The notes under the pieces were generated by a model. The model was not told the DNA's origin and did not search any database. It was given only the letters and a program-made list of their open reading frames with translations. 39,427 bases of DNA. Source: a virus. The DNA lies in IMG/VR virus record IMGVR_UViG_3300045988_156365; one strand, given 5' to 3'. Of this stretch, positions 7,602 to 14,409 are shown piece by piece (position 1 is the first letter of the stretch; the number at the start of each line of letters is the position of its first letter). Position numbers and translations under genes: made by a program.

Positions 7602-8074
7602 TGTTTTTTGGTTTTTAAATATTCGACAAATTCGGCGTCGTGCCGTCTCTCTTCGATGCGGTTGTATTCCCTCCACCGCTCCAAATCTTCGGGGCTTGAA
7701 TCCTTTGTGATAGGCTGCGGCATAATCTTTTCCCTCTCTTCGTATGGCATCAAACTAAATCCGGGGAAAGGTCGCAGGGGTTTGTGCAACGAAATTTTAT
7801 CGTTGTCCCCGTCGGTTGGGTATATAAACATATAATCCTTGCCGTCTTTGATGCCAAAACAAAGGCCCGTTATCCTTTTGCATCCTGTTTCATCCGTGAA
7901 AAGCGAATACACGACCGACGGCTTGGCTCCTGTTTTTTGCAATATCTTTGCAAGGTGTGACAATACGGTTTCCTCCATCAATTTGTATTCCGGCGGAATG
8001 CCGTATTTTTTGGCTTGTTTAGGGGTCAGCCATTTGTATTTACCCTCTACTCCTTCTTTGTAAAGCGTTGCCAT
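7598..8074 (-). CDS. hypothetical protein; paralog of the N-terminal half of 6756..7601
   Basis: 158 aa with GIKDGKDYMFIYP and ITKDSSPEDLERWREYNRIEERR. Confidence 0.7.
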   Translation of the reverse strand: MATLYKEGVEGKYKWLTPKQAKKYGIPPEYKLMEETVLSHLAKILQKTGAKPSVVYSLFTDETGCKRITGLCFGIKDGKDYMFIYPTDGDNDKISLHKPLRPFPGFSLMPYEEREKIMPQPITKDSSPEDLERWREYNRIEERRHDAEFVEYLKTKKQ

Positions 8075-8181
8075 ATTATTAGGTTTTTAGTGTAAACTAT
8101 TGTCGGGGTGAAAAGCCTGCGTGTGTCGTCGGGAATATAAATCCCGTTTTCGATGTTGTTTTTCATGGCGTATACTGTGTG

Positions 8182-8292
8182 TTAAAATGCGTTGTTCTGA
8201 AGGTGCAGGAGGACGACCGCCGCAAAGGCGGCCATTCCTGCCAGCACTGCCGCCCATAGGGCGAGTAGCTGCCTTACTCGATTTTTATCCAT
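8182..8292 (-). CDS. possible 36-aa single-pass membrane peptide
   Basis: Internal ATG of track ORF 8182..8364: MDKNRVRQLLALWAAVLAGMAAFAAVVLLHLQNNAF. The longer form would overlap the upstream gene by 90 nt. Confidence 0.4.
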   Translation of the reverse strand: MDKNRVRQLLALWAAVLAGMAAFAAVVLLHLQNNAF

Positions 8293-8531
8293 ATCCGCAA
8301 ATCCTGTTCCTGTATTTGGATGGTTATCACGCCTTCCCTGAGGGCCGTACTTACGCCGAGGCATCGGCGTACTGCGATCTCTTCGATAGCCCTCAAGGCC
8401 TCGTAGCTATACTTCACGTACGCCCCGATCTCCTGCGTCTCGCGGAAAATATGTATCGCGCTTATCGTGTCCTGGGGCATCTCCTGGGTAAAGGCGTACG
8501 CCCTTTCTGCCAGTTCGTTCATTGTTTTCAT
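8274..8531 (-). CDS. hypothetical protein
   Basis: 85-aa ORF with an ATG start. Confidence 0.6.
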   Translation of the reverse strand: MKTMNELAERAYAFTQEMPQDTISAIHIFRETQEIGAYVKYSYEALRAIEEIAVRRCLGVSTALREGVITIQIQEQDLRIWIKIE

Positions 8532-8585
8532 AATTAATTGATTTTTAATTTGATATAATTGTTATGTCCGCTGTCATTCGTGGGC

Positions 8586-9032
8586 TTATGCCTTGTATAC
8601 TGTCAGCGCCGCACCCCGAAGCAGTCGCCATGCCTGATTTAGTGCCCGCCCTTGTACCTGAATCCATGTTTCGATCCGGGTCGGCGGCATAATCATTCCC
8701 GATCGGCTCGTTTTACGCTTCATCTCCGAGGGACTACACAAGCGTTTGGCTATGTCCGCGCTGCACACGAGCGAGCAACCTCCCTCGCTGTATGCCATCC
8801 AGTTCTCAGCACCCAGCAGCAAAGTAGTTTCGATAAATCGCGGCGTATAACCCCCTGTTTCCTTCGCGTAATCCAGCATTTTGGAATAGTCGCCGAGGAT
8901 GTCCAGCGCATACAGTTTTACACCATTGTCCCAAGCGGAACGGAACCGGGTATTCTCGATCTCTTCCCTGATGCGGGCTACTTGGGTGTCGGTAAGGGCA
9001 ACGCCCGAGGTAGTGAAATTAACGTGTGTCAT
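8586..9032 (-). CDS. hypothetical protein, paralog A of an early-gene pair
   Basis: 148 aa. RSAWDNGVKLYALDIL, LLLGAENWMAYSEGGCSLVCSADIAKRLCSPSEMKR and ETWIQVQGRALNQAWRLL match 9654..10070 block for block. Confidence 0.7.
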   Translation of the reverse strand: MTHVNFTTSGVALTDTQVARIREEIENTRFRSAWDNGVKLYALDILGDYSKMLDYAKETGGYTPRFIETTLLLGAENWMAYSEGGCSLVCSADIAKRLCSPSEMKRKTSRSGMIMPPTRIETWIQVQGRALNQAWRLLRGAALTVYKA

Positions 9033-9053
9033 GACTTTCGGGGTTTTTTGTGT

Positions 9054-9230
9054 TTATAAACTGCATTCGTGTATTTCTATCCCGCCGAGTGCTGAAACTT
9101 CGACAATATAGCCCGTGTTCGTTTGGTGCACTGCTTCCACACGTAACGTAAAGCGGAACAGAAGCCAGCAGGAAAAGGCAGTGAGCACCACCAGCGCGGC
9201 GGCCTTTATGGTATTGTTAGTGCTTTTCAT
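9054..9230 (-). CDS. 58-aa single-pass membrane protein (below ORF-track cutoff)
   Basis: Hand translation gives MKSTNNTIKAAALVVLTAFSCWLLFRFTLRVEAVHQTNTGYIVEVSALGGIEIHECSL*. It fills an otherwise empty gap in the operon. Confidence 0.5.
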   Translation of the reverse strand: MKSTNNTIKAAALVVLTAFSCWLLFRFTLRVEAVHQTNTGYIVEVSALGGIEIHECSL

Positions 9231-9474
9231 GGTTCGAGTATATTATATTAAGTATGAATAATGCCCAATCTATCGAGCGGCGCGCCTCTTCTTCACTGAT
9301 ATAGTAGCAATTAAATTCGTCATAAAGGTTACCATTTTTTGCCCTTTCCCGAATTGTATTTCGTTCTTCTTCGCTGTTGCATAGTATTTCAACGGGTCGC
9401 GGCTCGTGGTAGTCTGAGAGCCGCACGCCGTATACCTGAACGGCATACAATGTAAGTTTATAATTCTGATTCAT
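9217..9474 (-). CDS. hypothetical protein
   Basis: 85-aa ORF with an ATG start. Confidence 0.6.
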   Translation of the reverse strand: MNQNYKLTLYAVQVYGVRLSDYHEPRPVEILCNSEEERNTIRERAKNGNLYDEFNCYYISEEEARRSIDWALFILNIIYSNHEKH

Positions 9475-9488
9475 TATTTCCGGGGTTA

Positions 9489-9641
9489 TTATGCTATATA
9501 ATCGTGCGCGTATCCTATCAGCCTCCAGTTAGACCCATCGAACCAAATGCAGCGGTAAATTGTAGCAAGTTTCACGGGGTGCACCTCGTAGGCGCAATAT
9601 ATTGCCCATAATTCACGGGCGGCCTCTTTTCTTGTTTTCAT
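9489..9641 (-). CDS. 50-aa hypothetical protein (below ORF-track cutoff)
   Basis: Hand translation gives MKTRKEAARELWAIYCAYEVHPVKLATIYRCIWFDGSNWRLIGYAHDYIA*. It fills the gap between 9474 and 9654. Confidence 0.45.
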   Translation of the reverse strand: MKTRKEAARELWAIYCAYEVHPVKLATIYRCIWFDGSNWRLIGYAHDYIA

Positions 9642-9653
9642 GGCTTTCGGGGG

Positions 9654-10070
9654 TTAGCAAATACAAGACATTAACATTCTATACGCCTGGAAATACGCGC
9701 GGGCCTGCACGTCCTGCCAGCCCTCCCGATCGTTGGGGGCTTTGTTGCCGTTGTCGGTGCGTTTTAACTCCGAGGGAGTGCAGAGGTTTTTTGCTATATC
9801 CCCGTCGTAGATCAGCGCGCCCCCGCCATAACAATAGGCGTTCCAGTCGTCCGCACCGTTTAATAATGTTTCTTCATTGAGTTCCGGAATTGGTCGGCCG
9901 TTGTTATCGCAATACTCGCAAATGTCTATGTAGCTTCTCAGCAGATTGAGCGCAAAACCTTTCACGCCTCGATCCCAGCACGACCGCGTTTTAACGGCTT
10001 CCAGACGTGCCCGGATTTCATTTACTTCGTTCTTCCAGTTGGTGGAGTTGTTCGTTTGGTTCTTTTTCAT
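9654..10070 (-). CDS. hypothetical protein, paralog B of the early-gene pair; first gene of the leftward arm
   Basis: Start moved to ATG 10070 (MKKNQTNNSTNW...), which lies downstream of the predicted promoter. Contains RSCWDRGVKGFALNLL, LLNGADDWNAYCYGGGALIYDGDIAKNLCTPSELKR and EGWQDVQARAYFQAYRML. Confidence 0.7.
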   Translation of the reverse strand: MKKNQTNNSTNWKNEVNEIRARLEAVKTRSCWDRGVKGFALNLLRSYIDICEYCDNNGRPIPELNEETLLNGADDWNAYCYGGGALIYDGDIAKNLCTPSELKRTDNGNKAPNDREGWQDVQARAYFQAYRMLMSCIC

Positions 10071-10134
10071 GGCTTTAAATGTTTGTCTCATTAACTTCGA
10101 AGGGTGTGATACCTGCTCCTCCCTTTCTCTATTA

Positions 10135-10166
10135 CAAAGATAGTATAAGATTTTATACCACGCAAG
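10135..10166 (-). promoter_or_regulatory. leftward Bacteroides-type promoter (-33 cTTG, 20-bp spacer, -7 TAtcTTTG)
   Basis: Minus-sense CTTG at 10166..10163 and TATCTTTG at 10142..10135, about 65 nt upstream of ATG 10070. Confidence 0.55.
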
Positions 10167-10286
10167 CATTTCACAAACTTTCTTCATCGTTTGTTCTTAT
10201 GCAAAACAAACATACCATAAGTTTTTACCATCCGAAAGCCTGCCAGTCTGAGACCTCCGCAACCCGCTTCACCCAGACCCAACGAT

Positions 10287-10314
10287 CACGCACGCACACG
10301 CACACGCACACACA
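10287..10314. repeat. CACG/CA microsatellite (cacgcacgcacacgcacacgcacacaca)
   Basis: Read directly in the intergenic spacer. Confidence 0.9.
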
Positions 10315-10417
10315 ACGGGTTCCGATTACATTCACAAAAACTCGGGAGTTTGCTATGAGTACACCCCCTTATATATTATTCTTATCATTCATATACATTA
10401 AGAACGTGTATAGTCGC

Positions 10418-10892
10418 AGGGAGGGGCATTTTGGGGGTGTTTTGAGTGTGTGGTGAAAGAGGATAGTTTTGGTCTGTTTGGCCGGGTGGGGAGGAGGAGG
10501 GGCGGATGCTGGAGGAAGGAGGAGAGAGGAGGCGGGCCGGGGGAGGGCGCCGGGGAGCGGGAAGGGGTGGAGGGGAGGCGGAGGAGTGGGAGCAAAGGAG
10601 GAAGCGAGAGGACGGGGCGGGAAGTGGAGGCCGGGCGAAGTGGGAAGGCGCGCAGCCTGAGCGAGCGGAACAACGTGGAGCGAGCGAAGGAAGGAGACAG
10701 CCACCGGGAAGGGGTGCGGGTCTTTGGTCAACAGCCGCCCGGGGTCTGGAGCCTTTCTAACACTCGAGATATTCGCGGGCTGGGTTTCTTGTGGTTTGGG
10801 CAGTGGGGTGGGGTACGGGTCTTTGGATTTTCGGGGGTATGTTTTGTGGGGGTTTTGGTTATTGAGGTGGGGGGGGGCTTGGATTTGGACGG
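10418..10892 (+). other. G-dominated polypurine, G-quadruplex-dense non-coding region between the divergent promoters
   Basis: In 10481-10620 I count 89 G, 16 C and 5 T out of 140 nt. There are dozens of GGG/GGGG runs, for example GGGCCGGGGGAGGGCGCCGGGGAGCGGGAAGGGGTGGAGGGGAGG. All six frames are open only because stop codons are compositionally excluded. Confidence 0.8.
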
Positions 10893-10915
10893 TAAAGATA
10901 TTATTACTATATTTG
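10884..10915 (+). promoter_or_regulatory. rightward Bacteroides-type promoter (-33 TTTG, 20-bp spacer, -7 TAtaTTTG)
   Basis: TTTG at 10884-10887 and TATATTTG at 10908-10915, 33 nt upstream of ATG 10949. Confidence 0.6.
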
Positions 10916-10948
10916 TACAATGATTATAAACTCATAATAGAATTCGGT

Positions 10949-11158
10949 ATGGAGGTAAAGAAAAGTGTTACTACGCATGTAGGGGCTAAAGCCGCTTGTC
11001 ATTTTGAGGCAGAGCTTAAAGGGGATCGCCTGGTCTCCTTTATAGGCATTTGCGTGAAAGGCGAGGGGCACTGTATTTGTGAGATGAGCTTCGAAGATAT
11101 AGTTAAGCTTCGGGATGCTCTGGATACGGCTATCGGTTTCGGTCATGGGCGTAATTAA
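10949..11158 (+). CDS. small hypothetical protein (69 aa)
   Basis: Internal ATG (MEVKKSVTTH...) of track ORF 10724..11158. The upstream part of that ORF lies in the G-rich region and upstream of the promoter. Confidence 0.6.
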   Translation: MEVKKSVTTHVGAKAACHFEAELKGDRLVSFIGICVKGEGHCICEMSFEDIVKLRDALDTAIGFGHGRN

Positions 11159-11372
11159 ATCAATCACTATCGAGGGGGTTATGTTCTCGTTCGAGGTAAA
11201 GGCGAAGGACGGGGTTCTGCACGTTTCTCTATTTTCGGACGCGGGCGAAGCGGCTCATGCCATCATGTCGGCCGAGGAGAGCAAGGAAGTGGTCGATGCG
11301 CTGGATATGGTTCGCGGGTGGGTGAAGCCGTGGGAAAACAGACCCTTTACGGAACAGGAGCTTAAATTCTGA
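11145..11372 (+). CDS. small hypothetical protein (75 aa), weak paralog of 10949..11158
   Basis: MGVIKSITIEG... Colinear similarity to the preceding gene (FE[AV]..K.D..., MS.E....[LV].DALD). Confidence 0.55.
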   Translation: MGVIKSITIEGVMFSFEVKAKDGVLHVSLFSDAGEAAHAIMSAEESKEVVDALDMVRGWVKPWENRPFTEQELKF

Positions 11373-11376
11373 GGTT

Positions 11377-11733
11377 ATGACCGATATATTCGAATTTTAT
11401 CTTCACGTCTATGTGACGTCTAATTTCGGCGAAAAATACTGCGATGGGGTGAAGCTCATGCTGGATGCGGGGCTTCTGAACGATACGGCGGTGCAGTGTG
11501 CCGTGATATGCTGCTACGTGGACAACTGGTGCAGGACGCATTCGGGGCCGCGGCAGGAGGCGTTCGCGGCGGCGGCCGAAACATTCAATGTTGCCGTATA
11601 CACGGTACGGCATTACTATTACGACCTGAAAAAAAGGTACGATATCTTCAACAAAAACAACAAAGATTATGAAAAAACTGCTTCGTCTCGGCCGGAACAA
11701 GAAGGTCGGGACAAAAACGACGGCCGAGATTAA
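11377..11733 (+). CDS. hypothetical protein
   Basis: 118-aa ORF. Its low-complexity C-terminal tail overlaps the next gene by 65 nt. Confidence 0.55.
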   Translation: MTDIFEFYLHVYVTSNFGEKYCDGVKLMLDAGLLNDTAVQCAVICCYVDNWCRTHSGPRQEAFAAAAETFNVAVYTVRHYYYDLKKRYDIFNKNNKDYEKTASSRPEQEGRDKNDGRD

Positions 11734-12160
11734 ATCGTGGCTGGAGACGCACGGCATCGACCGATCTACGGCCGCGCACATTTCGGGATTCATGAAGGCG
11801 CACGACATCGACCTCGGTGCCATCCGCCTCTGCTCCTACGGCCTCACCTACTCCTTCGACGAGTTCCTGGAGTGGTTCAAAAACGACGATTCCTCGCTCG
11901 TCCCCGTCGAAAACAAGTTCGCGATATTCTGGAACTCCTCGCACGCCGAGGCCGTCATCGCCGTATTCACGAAATACACGGACGGCATGTGGCTGTCTTC
12001 CGACGGCATGAGTTACGACAACTGCTGCCGCTTCGTGTCTATGGCGCAGTATCGCATGATCCTCAACGTTCCCGACGACATGAACATCCCCCTGCCGCTC
12101 GGGTTCCTGGACGAGATTCGAACGAAAGAAACCAAAACCCCCGCCGAAGATGAAAAGTAA
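11669..12160 (+). CDS. hypothetical protein
   Basis: 163-aa ORF with an ATG start. An alternative start lies at 11789. Confidence 0.6.
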   Translation: MKKLLRLGRNKKVGTKTTAEIKSWLETHGIDRSTAAHISGFMKAHDIDLGAIRLCSYGLTYSFDEFLEWFKNDDSSLVPVENKFAIFWNSSHAEAVIAVFTKYTDGMWLSSDGMSYDNCCRFVSMAQYRMILNVPDDMNIPLPLGFLDEIRTKETKTPAEDEK

Positions 12161-12446
12161 ATCCTATTCCGTGGCTACGGAATCCGAAACCGTCATAACT
12201 TCTCGGCCGGAAGGCATGACGCAGGAAGAGTACCGCGCCCTGCGGCGCGAGGCCGACCGAAAACTCAAACTCAGACTGCGCTACGGAACGATCATCTACG
12301 TGGCCTCCGAGCTGTTCTCCGAGAACGGCATCGACATGATCCGGCGCTTCAAGCCCTATCGGCGCCCCTCCAAATCGGCCGCCGTGAAGCTCGAATCTAT
12401 GCGCAAGGAAAAAAATATGCGCATCCGCTTGGAATTGAAAAACTAA
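12150..12446 (+). CDS. hypothetical basic protein
   Basis: 98-aa ORF with an ATG start. Confidence 0.6.
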   Translation: MKSKSYSVATESETVITSRPEGMTQEEYRALRREADRKLKLRLRYGTIIYVASELFSENGIDMIRRFKPYRRPSKSAAVKLESMRKEKNMRIRLELKN

Positions 12447-12459
12447 TTCCCTATATTTG
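12428..12459 (+). promoter_or_regulatory. candidate promoter (-33 cTTG, 20 bp, -7 TAtaTTTG) at the end of gene 12150..12446
   Basis: CTTG at 12428-12431 and TATATTTG at 12452-12459. Confidence 0.35.
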
Positions 12460-12465
12460 TTCCCG

Positions 12466-12558
12466 GAATGCTTCTGTGGCATTCCTGAATGTAAATAAAC
12501 ACCTCACTTCCTGGCTTATTTTTTCCTCCGTTCCCGCTCCAGGGGCGGAGGTTTTTTT
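12466..12558 (+). ncRNA. candidate ~90-nt small RNA (promoter, 7-bp hairpin, intrinsic terminator)
   Basis: Hairpin GGAATGC-ttctgtg-GCATTCC at 12465-12485, then a terminator at 12525-12558. No plausible CDS lies between. Confidence 0.25.
12525..12558 (+). terminator. intrinsic terminator
   Basis: CCTCCGttCCCgctccaGGGgCGGAGG followed by TTTTTTT. Confidence 0.7.
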
Positions 12559-12599
12559 ATTAATTTTTTCCATAATTCACGCCCTTCGTGGTAAATTCT

Positions 12600-12607
12600 T
12601 ATATTTG
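12600..12607 (+). promoter_or_regulatory. candidate -7 box TAtaTTTG for the packaging/structural operon
   Basis: Lies 19 nt upstream of ATG 12627. No good -33 TTTG at the expected spacing. Confidence 0.35.
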
Positions 12608-12626
12608 GGCGTAAAAACCGAGCTCC

Positions 12627-12983
12627 ATGGACGACAGGAAATCCGCAATAGACTTTTTAAAGACCGCGACAGCAGTGCCGCAGATGCCTGATGCGACGCC
12701 CGCGGAGTGGGAGTGGCCTATATCGGAGCAGGTGGAGAAGCAACTGAAAATGATGGGCGTCTACGACATAATGCGCGAGCAGATATACATCATTGGCACC
12801 TCCGCATCGAAGGCGAAGATCGAGATCGCCAAGTCGAAGATCGACGGCCTCACCAAGTCCATGAATCTCATAAAGGCCACCATGTCCGTACTGGAATCCT
12901 CCGGATCGGACGTAGACGAAAACCGCATATCGGAAATCGACATACGCATGCACCTCGACGAAGATGATGATAACCAAGAGTAG
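12627..12983 (+). CDS. hypothetical protein; small terminase subunit by position only
   Basis: 118 aa, immediately upstream of and overlapping the large terminase gene. Predicted helical with an acidic tail. No motif recognised. Confidence 0.3.
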   Translation: MDDRKSAIDFLKTATAVPQMPDATPAEWEWPISEQVEKQLKMMGVYDIMREQIYIIGTSASKAKIEIAKSKIDGLTKSMNLIKATMSVLESSGSDVDENRISEIDIRMHLDEDDDNQE

Positions 12984-14409
12984 AAAGGCCGGATGCCTCG
13001 ACATGAACATACACCTCACGCGCAAGCAGAGGATCATGTGGAACCGCCTCAACGACGGCCAGTGGAAGGAAGTGCTCTTTTACGGCGCCTCGCGCTCGGG
13101 AAAGACTTTCGTCATTCTGTACTGGCTCATCGTGCAGTGCGTGGCGCACAAAGCCAACTGCCTCGTGCTCCGCAACCTCTTCACGTCGCTTCAAACCGGA
13201 ATGCTCCAGCAGACCCTCCCCGCGGTGCTCAACGCGATAGCCAAGCACAACGGTTACGCCAAGTGGCAGGATATAACCATGAAGGACGGTACACCGTTCG
13301 CAAAGTATAACGGCAAGGACAACTACCTCATGTTCTACAACGGCGCCTACATAAAATTCGGCTCCATACGCGGGTCGGCCAACGACGAGAGCCAGTTCGA
13401 TAAGATTCTTTCGTCGGAATGGGGTCATATCTTCATCGACGAGGTATCGGAGGTCGAGGAGAGGGCGGTAGACACCCTCCGCTCACGACTGGCGCAGAAA
13501 CTACCTGTGCGCAACAAGCTCCTGTTCGCCCTCAACCCCACGCGAAAAACCGGATGGACATACGTCAGGTTTTTCAAGCACGAGACCCGCGAGGGACTGG
13601 CGATCCCCCCGGAGCAGACGTCGAAGTTCCTGGTCGTGAAGTTCTCACTTAACGACAACATGGAGAATGTCGCCGACGACTACCGCGAGACCCTGGAGGC
13701 CATGTCCACGCTCATGCGCAAGCGCTTCCTGGAGGGCGACTACTTCGACGAGAGCGAAGGGGAGATTTTCAAAAAAATATGCTGGAGCGACGTGAATCCC
13801 GATCTGCGCTTCCCGACGCCCGAGGAGTGGATAGACCTCATTATCTACACCGACCCGTCGGCCAAGGACAGCCGCAAGAGCGACTTCAAGGCGTCGCTGC
13901 TCATGGGCAAAGCCCGCGGCCGAATATGGCTCATCGACGTGCTGGCCGTGCAGGGCACCTCCCTGGAGATGATGAAAAACATTCGGCAGCTGTACCTCGA
14001 AAGCCCCAACCGCCTTATAACGCGCATCGTGATGGAAAAGAAGCAGATACCCCTGGACTTCAAGACCACATTCGACCAGTTCCAGGCAGACACGGGGTGG
14101 ATATGCCCCCTGGAATGGGATACCCGGAATATGGGCGACAAGTTTACAGTCATCGAATCCATCCTCGATCCCCTCTTCACGTCTGACAGGTTCGTATTCA
14201 ACGCCAAGCTCAAAGATACCAACCGCGGCGAGGAAGCCGTGAATCAGTTCCTGTTCTTTTCGCGCAAGGTCGATCCAAACCGCAAGGACGACATACCAGA
14301 TGCGGCGGCCAAGGGCGTATCGCTCATGAACCGCGCGGGCGGAACCGTGGGCTCCGCGTACAAAAGCTCCGGCATCATAGTAAAAAAACCAAAACGTTTC
14401 ATATCATGA
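12964..14409 (+). CDS. terL: terminase large subunit
   Basis: Walker A GASRSGKT and Walker B HIFIDEVSE, with a C-terminal nuclease-like half. 481 aa. An alternative start lies at ATG 13003. Confidence 0.9.
   Translation: MMITKSRKAGCLDMNIHLTRKQRIMWNRLNDGQWKEVLFYGASRSGKTFVILYWLIVQCVAHKANCLVLRNLFTSLQTGMLQQTLPAVLNAIAKHNGYAKWQDITMKDGTPFAKYNGKDNYLMFYNGAYIKFGSIRGSANDESQFDKILSSEWGHIFIDEVSEVEERAVDTLRSRLAQKLPVRNKLLFALNPTRKTGWTYVRFFKHETREGLAIPPEQTSKFLVVKFSLNDNMENVADDYRETLEAMSTLMRKRFLEGDYFDESEGEIFKKICWSDVNPDLRFPTPEEWIDLIIYTDPSAKDSRKSDFKASLLMGKARGRIWLIDVLAVQGTSLEMMKNIRQLYLESPNRLITRIVMEKKQIPLDFKTTFDQFQADTGWICPLEWDTRNMGDKFTVIESILDPLFTSDRFVFNAKLKDTNRGEEAVNQFLFFSRKVDPNRKDDIPDAAAKGVSLMNRAGGTVGSAYKSSGIIVKKPKRFIS

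Noticed and set aside
8047-8166. A 39-aa minus-strand ORF (MKNNIENGIYIPDDTRRLFTPTIVYTKNLIIWQRFTKKE) in the 8075-8181 gap.
   Set aside because: It overlaps the start of gene 7598..8074 by 28 nt and has no distinguishing features. It is too weak to list as a feature.
10071-10187. The upstream extension of ORF 9654..10187 (MKKVCEMLAWYKILYYLCNRE...).
   Set aside because: The extension covers the predicted leftward promoter (TATCTTTG at 10142..10135) and has no counterpart in the 148-aa paralog. ATG 10070 gives a 138-aa protein colinear with the paralog.
10369-10923. Long ORFs in several frames on both strands across the G-rich spacer (for example 10369..10920 minus, 183 aa Pro-rich; 10450..10923 plus, 157 aa Gly/Arg/Glu-rich; 10724..11158 N-terminal part).
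   Set aside because: The region is so poor in T on the plus strand (and in A on the minus strand) that stop codons are compositionally excluded, so all frames are open at once. The products are low-complexity. The ORFs lie upstream of, or across, the predicted promoters. A real Gly/Arg-rich protein cannot be strictly excluded without conservation data.
12447-12626. A tRNA or other structured RNA gene in the larger intergenic gaps (also 17398-17460, 20390-20482 and 37441-37577).
   Set aside because: I could not fold a cloverleaf with acceptor, anticodon and T-arm features from any of them by eye. Only simple hairpins are present. A tRNAscan or Infernal run would settle it.
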